Shown: positions 14,931-27,260 of the stretch, piece by piece
How the letters are laid out: every line of letters begins with the position of its first letter
Numbering within the stretch: the first letter of the stretch is position 1
NCBI GenBank assembly: GCA_002245135.1
Contig: NGBS01000590.1
Location: 1 to 64,000 of the forward strand
DNA from: Proteromonas lacertae
Taxonomy: Eukaryota
Direction: 5' to 3'
Length of the DNA stretch: 64,000 nucleotides
The notes under the pieces: generated by a model
Databases searched by the model: none
Seen by the model: only the letters and a program-made list of their open reading frames with translations
What the model was told of the DNA's origin: nothing
Program-made: the position numbers and the translations under genes

Positions 14931-15949
14931 ATGGACGAAAAAAACTATTAGTATTTTATTCATATTTGATTTTAGTGGCTATCTAACCCCGAATGTGCCT
15001 TTAAATGAACCAAGAGTTATTTCTATACCTCAATTAGTTGAAATGACAGGTATTTAGACCATTTTATTAGCTAATAATAATTAATTAGAAGCACAAAAAA
15101 TTGACAGACTAAGAAAAGTACTGACTGAGTATTTTTTAATATAACTGACGTATATATTGATAGCATGGGCTTATCAATTGATGACATTACTTCACAAGTG
15201 CAAATAACGTATAAAATACTACCGACGTACGCTATATTGTTCATTCTTTACGATTTCAGTATAAGACGACATGACAGGACAAATGTGAAGTATTAATTAT
15301 ATAGCTTATACTTAACATATATACCATAAATAGTGAGCACCTAGATTCGACTATAAAATTCATAATGTCTTCAATTCAAACAACAGCACCATCTACATCT
15401 AATCCTTTATCGACAAATAATTTCATTAGTCAAGAATTCCCAATGAAAGATATAATTACTTATACAAGACCGCATAATACAAATTCATCGGATTATACTA
15501 TAACTCCTATTTCTCAATCTTCTTTTTCTGGTTATAATAACACTCGTCATCGTGAAAGATCAAAGTCTCCCAGTTATGATAGTGATGAAGATAATTACCA
15601 TCATAATACTAGTCACAGACACAATCGCAGCAGATCACCGCCTTTAGGAAGAAGAAAAAGAAGAAATAGTGGAAGTGAAACAGTAGATGTTACTAATTAT
15701 CATTTACCCTCTGAAGTTGAGAATTATTATCTTGATTTAGTAAAGAAGGGAAGGATAGAGAATAACATATTGAATGGAGAATGCTTTGAAGAAATTAAAA
15801 GTTTAGGATCGAAAGGAATTGAAGTATTAAGAGCATTTTCTGAGTGTAATATGAAGAAAATAAGAAAACCAATTCCTTATTTTTTGCAAATTGTGAAAAG
15901 ATGTAAAAAAGGTAGTTTGCTTTTAGATGGTAATAAAAAAAGAGAATAA
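14931..15949 (+). CDS. Ser/Arg-rich protein with C-terminal hnRNP Q/R acidic-domain-like helical region
   Basis: Multi-intron 5' part and RSRSP tracts. The C-terminus CFEEIKSL..GIEVLRAFSECNMKKIRKPIPYFLQIVK resembles the hnRNP Q acidic domain. Confidence 0.45.
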
Positions 15950-16020
15950 TTACAATATATTAAGAAATATATATATATATATATATATTAGATATAATGA
16001 ATAATAATTATTATTTTAAT

Positions 16021-17303
16021 CTATTTTCTACTTCTTTTAACATTCTTCTTTTTTGCTGAATTTTTTGAATCAACTGATTTTCGTTTAGTTCCAGGAATTA
16101 TAGTGAAATAATTATCTACTCTTTGTTGACAAGCTTTTCCTCTTGCTGCGATTAGTTTTTCTATAAATCTTTTAATTCTTTCTTCATTAAATCCTTTTTC
16201 TTTACATAAAAACTCTATCATTCCATCAACATTAGGTTGACACCAAGTCAACTGAATTTCACATGCTGGTTTAACTTCAGCATTTGAAAACATCAATCTA
16301 CTTTCTTTATACAAAAATGGTTGTGGAACTACATACTTTGTTTTATCAATATTCTTTAATACAGTTTCAATATTGTGGTATTTCTGTATTAATTTCAATG
16401 CTGTTTTTGCTCCAATTCCTCTGATTGAATCACAATAATCACAACCACATAATATACAAAAATCAATAAACTCATCTTTAGTCAAATGCAAACCTTCTAA
16501 TACTTTATTATAATTGAATTCTAATATTGGTAATTTCTTACTTTCTGCACTTGTTAAATGTCGCAATAAAAGAGGAGTTTGATGTGTCAAACTATCCATA
16601 TCTTCACTTGCCATTCCATCAACCTATATATATATATTTAAAAATAATAATAATATACTAATCCACCTTTCACTAATTCAGCACATTGTGCTTCTGCTTC
16701 ACAAGGAGCTTCAACAACAGGAATTCCCATTAATGAGAGTAATATCTTACACTCTACGTTGTGTTTATCATCCATATGAACTATTCTTTTACTATATTTA
16801 TCTATATCTTCTAATGAACCTGATTCTTTGGCTGCTTCTAGTTTTTCTTCAGCATCATCTCTTACTTCTTTTCTTCTTTTCAACTATATATAATTTAAAT
16901 CATATTTTTATGTCTATATAAAATACTTCTCCTCCTTTTAATTCTGGTGGCTTTCCATCAAATACAAATACTGGTTTAATTCCCTTTTCCATTAATTTAA
17001 CTGTTCTACTTAAAATACCTTGTAAATGACTATTGATAGTTATTAAATAAATCAAATATTTATACCTTGTTACTTCACCTTCTGCATTTGTCAACATGAG
17101 TGAGCCATAATTTGAATCACCTGCATTTGATCTCACAGCAACCTATGTATAATATCAGAAACATTAAATAATACGAGAAACTGATATATTGTCATTGAAG
17201 CATCAATTGCTATTTTACATCCAGTATATTGTTCTACAGTTGTCTCTTTCATTGCTTCAGGACATTCTGAAGTTATTAGTTTTGTTAATCCCTTAATACC
17301 CAT
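16021..17303 (-). CDS. FEN1: Flap endonuclease 1
   Basis: [50 protein letters not shown] and the PIP box QQRVDNYF. Confidence 0.97.
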
Positions 17304-17321
17304 TCTATTTTGTTATGAAAA

Positions 17322-17332
17322 TTTCGCGCCAA
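17322..17332. promoter_or_regulatory. E2F-type element TTTCGCGCCAA upstream of FEN1
   Basis: Exact TTTSSCGC consensus about 19 bp upstream of the FEN1 ATG, in a background almost devoid of CGCG. Confidence 0.6.
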
Positions 17333-17445
17333 TTTATTGTGTATTATTTTGTATTTTTCATAATTCATCATATACTAATTTTCATAACTAAACAAATAGT
17401 AAAAACAATAAATTATAACAAACATAAAAGGAAAATCTTTATAAA

Positions 17446-18476
17446 TTAATAAGGCTTTGCTACATTCAAAGATAAAGCTTTCATAAACTTCTGTGTAATA
17501 ATTTCTCTCTCAACACTTACATCATAGAAAAATCTCAATTGTGGTACTCTTCTCACTTCAATTAATTGACTCAATGTATATCTCAATCCAGGCTTGATCT
17601 TCTCCAAAGCTTGAGCAGCAGCTAGCTCCACTGGACTTAGTTTTCTCTGTTGATAATTAGAAGAATACGCATATCTTTCTCGATCATTCAATGCATTATA
17701 ATCCACTCTATATTTCTTGTTATACTTCTTCAGTTTATTATAACTTTCTAATTTCTGTTGTCATAGTACCATCAGCTATACCATAATACTTCATATCATA
17801 AGCTCTTGCTGTTTTTTCAACTTCTTTTGGAATATACCACATTATTGAAGCAAGACTAAAATCTCTTGTTAAATTCACAGCACTTACTTCTACATAATCA
17901 TTATATGGTCTTAATGGACCATTTACACGGTTACTGTGTAGTTCAGAATTTAATATTTCATAGATATCTTCAGCTAAATTTCTTTTACGAATTTCTTGAC
18001 GTTTTGAATTAAGATGTTTGTTGGATTTTACTTTTCTTCTTTGGAGTTTTGATACACCACTTAATTCATCTAATTCTTTATATCCTTGTTTTACATGATT
18101 TTTATAAGATTTACTTGATTTGTTTGGTTTATTGTCTTCTGATGGATACAATTTGTTTACTTGATTTTCAAAATATTTCACTTTGTCAAATATATCTGGT
18201 GAAAGTAATGATTGATTCAATCCTTCACCAATTGACGAGATTGGTGAGACAGAATTTGTATTCAAATTATTTATTGGATTTATTTTTGAACTGGATTCTG
18301 TTAAATTTTGAAATGCTCTGACAATATCTTCTGCATCTTCATGGTTATTTCCTGATCGGTTTACTATAACAATAAAATATTTCTATACTTGATGTAAAAC
18401 CTCTTCTTATTTGGTTTGCTGCTAATGAAAATGCTTTAATATTCGTTAGCCTGTGAAACTGAAAAAATTCAATCAT
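17446..18476 (-). CDS. RBFA: Ribosome-binding factor A, probably mitochondrial, with long N-terminal extension
   Basis: VEVSAVNLTRDFSLASIMW and LRYTLSQLIEVRRVPQLRFFYD RbfA motifs; presequence-like MIEFFQFHRLTNIKAFSLAANQIRRGF. Confidence 0.75.
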
Positions 18477-18565
18477 TACAAAAAATATATTCGTTTAACT
18501 AAAATCCAATCAATTTCTTCTTTTTTTCATACTTTTTTTTCTAAAGATACTGATAGTTATCAATC

Positions 18566-20121
18566 ATGACTTCAATAAAGATCCCACCACCACCGCTTGA
18601 TCTAAGTGACAGTAATGACTTACCTTTTGACCAAAACCTACCATTGTCAGCTTCACATCGTCTTGAGAAATCTAAGATTAGAATTCCTTTACCTGAAGAG
18701 TTAAAAAAAGAAAAAAAGGTTCAATTAACCCCAGAACAGAAGAAAGAGAATAATCGTAAAGCCAAAGGTATGTTTATTGTTTAATATGTTCTATAGAATC
18801 AGCTTCTCGTTTATATGATGATGCAAAGGAAAGAGAGGTATAACTATATTACGTCAACCCATTTTATAATTTTCTTTATTAATAGAAGAGACTCAAAGAA
18901 AAAGGAGAGAAAATTCATAATGCAGAATGTTCATTCAAACCTGCTATTAGTGAAAAATCTAAGAAAGTCACTAGAAAACACGATGTTGCAACAGATTTAT
19001 ATCTCAAAGGTAAAGAACATGATAAGAAGATAAAAGAACAACAAGAACAAGCCAAAAAAGAATATTCATTTCATCCAACAATAAACAATAATTATAAAGA
19101 CACAAGATATACCAAGAAACCAGTAGTAGAGAGAATATATGAAAAGGCTAATGAAGATAGTTTAAAGAAGAAAGAGAAAGAAAAGAAATTAGAAGGTGAA
19201 ATGTATAAAGAATGTACTTTTAGTCCATCCATTACATCGTATTAAGAAATATATTTATAAAAATTTTATTATTTCTTTTAAATAGGAAATCAGAGAAATT
19301 AGCTAAAAATGAAGATCAAATAGAAGTTCATAAAAGACTTTACGAAAGAGCTAAAAATTCAGCAGAAAAAAAGAAACAATTAGAAGAAGAACAACGTGAA
19401 GCTGAACTTCAATCATCACATCATGTCTCCAAAACAGCAGTTTCATCCTCACAGAAGTTATATAAAGATGCTGAAAAGAGAAAACAAAAACAGAAGAAAT
19501 TGAAAGAAATATTAGAAGAGAAAGAAATGGAAGGAGTTACATTCAAACCTCAAACAAATAAGAAATCTTCTAAATTAAGAACAGATACAGTATATATATA
19601 TATATATAATATTATATATTTATTCTATTTAGTTAAATGTTTGGGACAGATTAACTACCTCTGAACGACTTCCAGGTCCAACAGTTCCCGAACCTACCTT
19701 CAAGCCTCAAATTAATGAAAAGAGTAAGAATATGGCTAGAAGTAGTATATATGCAAATAATAGAAGTAATAATAAGGGAAATTCACCAAAACATTTAAGT
19801 AAAGATTTATCAGCTTCATCACCAAATCCATTGAATAAGAATAAATCATCTCCAACTGCAGTATATAAGAGCAAAGTTCCTCATCAAGTTGGATTATCTC
19901 ATCCTGTCAGTATTCCAGATGCAGCTCCTCCTATTGTGAATGAGTATAGTAGTGATAGTGATAGTAATAATCATAAGCCATTAGTTGAACCAACTATTGA
20001 TTATAATCTGAATGATGATGATAATCAATCTAGAAGTAGTAGTGGAAGTAGTAAAAGTAGTTATAGTAGTAGAAGTGGATCAATATCTAGTAGTTTAAGT
20101 GGATCTAGTAATCACTTATAA
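18566..20121 (+). CDS. Charged coiled-coil protein with F-x-P-x-I repeats (possibly microtubule/cilium associated)
   Basis: Repeats ECSFKPAIS, YSFHPTIN, ECTFSPSIT, VTFKPQTN and PTFKPQIN, mostly followed by RLY-like motifs; Ser-rich tail. Confidence 0.6.
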
Positions 20122-20285
20122 ATTCCAATAAAGGAATAATCGTTTAAGAGTAATTAAATGAAATATATTTGTATAAATACTTATATAGACACTTTTTATA
20201 TATATTATTAAAATGTTTGTTTTATTAATATCCCTATAAAACTCATAATAATTTATTTATAATAATAAAATAAGAATATTTTTAA

Positions 20286-21616
20286 TTACACAGAAACTTG
20301 TCGTTGTACTTCACAAGCTGCACCATAAAAACCTTCAAAACATTTACATAATCCAGTTGATTGATCACATAAACCTCTTGATGAACATTCATATACTTTA
20401 GTATCAGTATAATATTTATCTGCTTTTGTAATTACTAGTATTTCATTACTTGTGCTTTCTGGTAGTGGTATATATGTTGTATTTTCATGTGGATATGTTC
20501 CTGGCTCAATTGTATCCCATGTACCAGTTGGTTCAGTATCTGCTCCTTTTACTATTTCCACTACATTAAATGTTGATTCTTTGAATTGCTCATAATTTGT
20601 ATATTGAATATCAATTGTAATTGCTAATTTTCCAACATTATCATCATAATATTTATCATTTGGACCTGCACTACCACTTACTTTAGTTGGTGCAACTCCA
20701 GTTTCACATTGGATTTTAACAGTTGATTGTGATATTGGTGGAATTGTTTGAATTGCTCTTCTTATTTCTTCTTGATATGTTAATTGATTTGATTTTGAAC
20801 TAGTTCCTTTGTCATCAGTTTTGCTATTACTACAAATAGTACTTAATTCCCTTGCAGTAACCATTGGAGATTCATATTTAACACCATCAAATTCAAGTGT
20901 ATAATAATGATCAACAATTTTAGTTGGAACTGGAGATAATGATCTATAGATAGTATGATTATGAGGTAATGTATAAGTGTATTTCATTATATTAACCTGT
21001 TTATCAATAGGATCAGCTCCTTTTGGACAAACTCTCAAACTACAATCATATCCACTATATCCAGCATCACATAAACATGTATAATATGAATCTAATTCCC
21101 AACCACATAGTTTGGGAGTTGTTTCTGTTTGTCTTCTTCTACTTGAAACACATACACCTTTGCCAGAACATGGAATTCCTGCAGTTGCGGTTGGACATGA
21201 TTTTCTTTGACATGCACTACCTTCATAGCCTGGGAAACATTCACATTCACCTGTTTCTCTATTGCAAAGTCCTTCATTAGAGCATTCTGCATAATCGTGA
21301 TTTCTATTTTCATTTACTACTCCTTTTAAATTTTCAACTTGACCGAAATCAGGGTACCATTCTGTTTTTACTTGTTTATCATCTATTTGACCATCGTGAT
21401 TAAGATCACCTAAAATTAAATCTATAAATGCATTTCCATATGGACAAGCTCCTATTTCATGAATAATACATTTATACTATTTGAGCAGTCAGCACCTCCC
21501 CATCCTGGGTAACAAACACATTTATCTTTTTCTCCACATGTGCCATGTCCATTACAGAAATTATTGCATGCAGTTGTATAAGCTATAATAATTAGGAAGC
21601 AGTAAAAAGCTTTCAT
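20286..21616 (-). CDS. EGF-repeat tubular mastigoneme protein (SIG1/OCM family-like)
   Basis: [91 protein letters not shown]; terminal [26 protein letters not shown]. Confidence 0.75.
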
Positions 21617-21822
21617 TTTAAAAAAATTATGTTGAAATAACTTGATGAAGGTTTGTCAATTTTATTTTGACAAAAACTATGAATAAAACAATTTTAACCT
21701 TTAATAACTTATTAATATATTTACTAATATGATAATAGTTTTATAAAAACAAATAAATTGAAAAAATGAAGATTGGTGTGAATAATAAAAAAAAAACATA
21801 ACATCATATAAACAATATTATT

Positions 21823-22334
21823 TTATTCAATATTATCAAGCAAACCTTCTTTATGAACATTAATTGCTTCTTCTTTTCTCTTTGGTCCTGTAAATATTGT
21901 TTTTATATCTAAAGTTCCTTCATTTTCACGATACATTAATATCCCAATGATTAAATTCAAAAATTTACAAAATGAACAAAGTGAGAAAAGTGTATAACCA
22001 AACGCTACTCTATTTCCTGGTAATCTACCATATCTTTGTTGTTCACTGATGAAATTACCTAAGATACAATTCAATTAAATATTATATACCATCTAAAATC
22101 ACTATAAACCAACTCTCAATAATTGATGCAGTGTAAACTGTTAGATAACTATTTATATCATCAACAAATATCATACAATAGCATCCACGAATGTGTATAT
22201 CTTGTTGTAAGAATAACTCCAGCAAGTGCCAATATTGTATCATATTTTGGAATAAATGGATCAGTAGCCGATAAAATTGATAGAATAAGAGTCAATAATG
22301 ATAATTTATAGAATCTATCTGCGTTAACACCCAT
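21823..22334 (-). CDS. Small multi-pass membrane protein, unknown function
   Basis: ATG at 22334, two probable tiny introns, several hydrophobic segments and a charged tail. Confidence 0.55.
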
Positions 22335-22424
22335 TTTAAAAGATTTTTAAAAATCAGAGACTAATTAAATAGGTTTTATATATGTTATAAGCCTCAACTA
22401 GTTTTTGTTGTTTTTCTAATCTGC

Positions 22425-23406
22425 ATGAGTGTTAAAAGTCAAATAGATAGTTTCTTACTATCATACCCGGAAGCTACAATAGATACAGCATATGGTAATG
22501 TTTATGTTTTGAATCAACAACAATATGGCTTTACACTTTGTATAATAATTCGTTTTAATCATTTTATAGACATTACTATTCATAGTAACTTCCCAAACAC
22601 ACCAGCATATTTCAGACTATCTCCTGTAGTAAATATACCTTATGTTGAAGCTAATGGAAATTTAGCATATGGCATATTTGAACATTTAAGAATACCACCC
22701 AATACTGATTTAGCTCTTACTGTGAGGTCAATTTTGAATTATGTAACTCCATATTATGGTCATCACTCCAATGTAATCTCTCCAACACCATCACCACCTG
22801 CATCTACTGTTATTCCAGGGATGCAGCAATTTAATAACAATGCAAAGATGACTTTACAACCTCATAATCAACAATTAGATGCAAATGATTGTCTTTTACC
22901 ATTAGTATAATACTAATTGTAATCTTATGCAATAGAATATATCATATAATCAAATTAGTACTAATAGTTGTTATCCTGAAGAATTAAATCATTTACTCTC
23001 TCATCCAACTGAAACTGGCATTATATTCAAACATGTCAAGCCATTTTCAATTTATTATGATAAATATGTATTTCTTAGACACCAGTATTTCCACACAAAT
23101 TTGAAGAATATAAAGTTGATTGAAGAAATTAAACAACTACAAAATCAAATGAAACAATTAGAAAATGAAATTAATACTAAAATACAACAATGCAATGCAA
23201 TTAGATCAAATAACAATCAACAGCAGATATCACCAGAACAACAGTGTAATAATATAATCAACCAAGAAAGAGAGAATTGTAGTTATATAATGAAACAAAT
23301 ATCATCAGATATGCCGGATAATGCAATTAAGAATTTATTTGATCAATATCTTGAACATTCAGTTAATTATAATAAAACTAAAGTAATTCAACAACTAATT
23401 CAATAA
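22425..23406 (+). CDS. ESCRT-I subunit VPS37A-like (UEV-like domain, coiled coil, Mod(r))
   Basis: ITIHSNFPNTP..RLSPVVNIPYVEANG is UEV-like; Pro-rich linker; coiled coil; C-terminal LFDQYLEHSVNYNKTK. Confidence 0.55.
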
Positions 23407-23514
23407 TTTAATATATGTTTTGTTTTATACATACATCAATTTGATGAAAGAAACAGAATTATCAATATTACATAAAACACTATCTTCTTTGTAAGAGATT
23501 AATAACCCAAAATA

Positions 23515-26368
23515 ATGTTAAATAATACAACATGCGAGTCAGATGATAAGTATATCACTTTTTTACAGTATTTAGACCTCAAATTATAAAATTTCATACT
23601 GAAGGAGATAAATTATCTATTGTGTTGAATGAAGATGATATAAATAATATGTTAAACTCAAAAATGCTGATGAAAGTTTCAAATTTACAGACTAAGAATA
23701 AATTTACTGTAATTTCGTATTTATGTGATTCTATTATTATATATCAATAGAAATGGATTAGATAAATGTGATAAGCCTAAAAATGTTGAAACTGTTTTAG
23801 ATGGCTGTTTTTCTGATGGAAGTCATATTTGGAAATGTTGTATTATGTTATCAAGTCAAATATCAACATTTATTTATAACACAACAAGCCAAAATTTTAG
23901 AATAAATGAAACTGTTAATCTAATTCCTAAATATGATGGAGGTTTTTGTAAGTTTACTGTTAATCCTGGTATATTGTTGTATGTTATTTATATATAGATT
24001 TGCCAAATGGTTTATCTATTGATGAAAATACAGGAATCATCAGTGGAGTGTGTTTATGTGAATCAAATAGAACAACTTATACAGTGATGTGTAAAAACAA
24101 TACAAGTCAAAACCAAGTGGATTTAACATTAAGTGTTGGAGTATTAACAAAGTTTTCTTATTCAAAGAAAAATGTATTAATTGGTTTAAATACTGACTTT
24201 TGTTTTAAACCTGAGTTTGATGGTGATAATTGTGAATTTACTTCCACTCCAAGTATATTTATATTTGTTTATATATATAGATCTTCCTTATGGCTTATAT
24301 TTAGATTCCACAAACTGGTATTATAAGTGGTAAAGTAAATTTCACTCAAGATACTACCAAATATATAATAAAATGTAAGAATAATACAGCAAAGATGTAT
24401 TTTCAATTGAATTTAACAGTGATTTCTTTAACTCAATTCGATTATAAACTAGAGAATAATACAAAGAGATTTCTATTAAATGAATTAGTAGAATTAGAAC
24501 CAATCTTTGATTCAATCAATTGTTCATTTACTATTGATAAAGGTATTTGTTATATCTTTCATTCATATAGAATTTACCAAATGGTTTATCATTTGATTCA
24601 AACACTGGCAAAATCTCAGGAAGATGCAGTGAATTATCTAAACAAGAAGAATATACCATAACCTGTAATAATGGATTTTCATCATTACAATGTACATTGA
24701 AATTATCAATTGGTGATTTAACCACATTTACTTATCCTAAATATTTGATAAAAGCTAAAAAAGGAGAATATATAGAATTAATTCCAAATTATGATGGTGA
24801 AATGTGTAGTTTTAGTATTTTAGAAGGTAATTTATTCGAAGGATTAGAATTGAATCCAACAAATGGAATAATCAATGGAAAATGTGATTATATTAACAAA
24901 GCAAAAGAATTTACAATAATTTGTTCAAATTCAACTGGATTTCTTGATTATAAGATTACATTATCAATAGGTGAATTGAGTTTATTTAAATATGATAAGA
25001 GTGTTGTTGAAATTAATAAACTTCGAAGAAATACATTTAACACCTGAGTATGAAGGAGATGATTGTGAATTTAGTGTTAATCAGAGTATGTTTTTATTTA
25101 CTTATGTTGTTTATAGAACTTCCATTTGGATTAATATTAGACAAGAAAACTGGTGAAATAACAGGAAAATGTAAAAAAGATAAAGAAAAGAGTGATTATA
25201 TTATTACATGTGACAATGGAATTGATAAACTTGAATTTACTTTACAAATTACTGTTTCTTCAATATCATTCATTAAATATGAACAAAATGAATTTATTCT
25301 ACATATAAATGACGAATATATATTTGAACCAATACATGATGGTTTTAACTGTAAATTTTCATCAGATCCAGGTATTTATGATGTTATAATAATATGTAGA
25401 ACTTCCTGATGGTTTATCATTAGATGAAAACACAGGAATAATTAGTGGAAAATGTCTAACAACTCAGGATTCAAAAGAATATGTGATTTGTTGTGAAAAT
25501 GATTATAATGCTGAGATATGTACAATAAAAATATCTATTGGAGTATTAACAAAATTTGAATATCCAAAATATGATATATATCTGAATTGTGGCGAAGATA
25601 TGGAAATGATTCCTGCTTGTGATGGAGATGAATGTGAATTTAGTGTAGAACCAGAATTGACCTAATGGCATAACACTAAACACAACGAATGGTGTAATAA
25701 GTGGGAAATCTGATTGTCTTCAACTTAAAAAATGTTATGAAGTGAAATGTATAGATATGATAAACATAAGTAGAGTAAAGACATATAAAATTTACATAAC
25801 AATTGGAGAAATAACCTCCTTCATATATCCAACATATGATTATCATTTTAGTACTGACAATAAGAATATAGAAATAATTCCAAAAGAATTGATAGGTAGT
25901 AAATGTAATATTTATTCAATTCCAGATTTACCAAATGGATTAACAATAAACAATGAGAATGGAATAATTAGTGGTGAATGTAATGAAATTTTAAAAGATA
26001 AGTTATTCACAATAATTTGTAAAAATGATATTTCCCAAAGAGATTATGGTATTCATATTACTACAGTTGAACCAATTACATATTTCAGATATATGGATGA
26101 TAAGTATAGATATTATGGAATAATAAACGATGATATTCACATTAAAGCAGAATATGATGGAAGTGATTGTAAATTCTATATTGCTCCTGAGTACAAACTA
26201 CCAACTGGTTTATATTTGGATGAAAGTAGTGGAGATGTAGATGGAAAATTTGAAGAAATAGTAGATGATTTGAGATGTAAGATTATTTGTGAGAATGAAT
26301 TTAGCAAGAGAGATTATATATTGGAGTTTGATGTAAGTTCTGATTGTATGGTTTTGCCATGTAGTTAA
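23515..26368 (+). CDS. Protein with nine tandem putative Ig (He_PIG-like) repeats
   Basis: Nine ~85-aa units of the pattern F-Y...P..DG..C.F...P.LP.GL.L...TG.ISG.....Y.I.C.N; no obvious signal peptide or TM segment. Confidence 0.8.
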
Positions 26369-26490
26369 TGATTATAAAATGTTAATGACTAACAGCATTT
26401 GAAATGTAAATGATAATTATATTATATTTTATTATGAATAAAACTCTTATTACATCAACATATAAATAGCTATAAAAAAACAAAATTGTC

Positions 26491-27209
26491 TTATCTTTCA
26501 ATTAGTTGAATAACAACAGGAATATTTCCAAGCTTATCGTGATCTATATTACAATGATATATTCCTATCTCTATTTAAACAATACAATAAACAATATTCT
26601 ATCAATACTATTAATTTCTTTAGTATCATTCTCTAAATGGATATTCTCCCCTGATAATGTAAAATTGTATTTTTTATTAAACCAAGCAGCAATTTGATCA
26701 CATCTAAATAATAATAAGTGATATATTTGTACTTCAAAGTGGAATTTAGAGTTTTATCTGGTTTTAATTGTCTTTTAAAAACAGCTCTTGTATTTGATAT
26801 TGTATTTCTATATAATATACATAAAAATTATTCATATACTTTTGATGGATCAGTTGTTTCATATGAATGAACTCCTTTTGTTTTTCAAGCTAATAATATA
26901 AATCATTTTTACAATTTAATACCTGAGTCTCATCAAAATATTCACTAACATTCTCTGGAGTTGCATATACGGCAATTCCTTTAGGTAACTAGATTTGAGT
27001 AAGACCATTCACATATACTAAATAATTTCTCATATAACCAGCAGCAACTTTCACTTTAACTCCTGATACCCCTAAATTTGGTGTTTCTTTCATCAACACC
27101 TACTTCAACTTTTCTTGTTCTATTTTTGTATTAATAAAGCTAAAATATACACATTTCTGGTATATATTGCCAATAAATTGCATGGCTTAGCTTTTAAAAA
27201 CAAATTCAT
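26491..27209 (-). CDS. MRPL9: Mitochondrial ribosomal protein bL9m (not in ORF track)
   Basis: Spliced reading KVEV.LMKETPNLGVSGVKVKVAAGYMRNYL|LPKGIAVYATPEN is the L9 N-terminal signature; presequence-like MNLFLKAKPCNLLAIYTR. Confidence 0.85.
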
Positions 27210-27260
27210 TTATAATTCCAAAATAATATTCGTTTCTAAAATCGTTTTTTTAGTTTCAAA

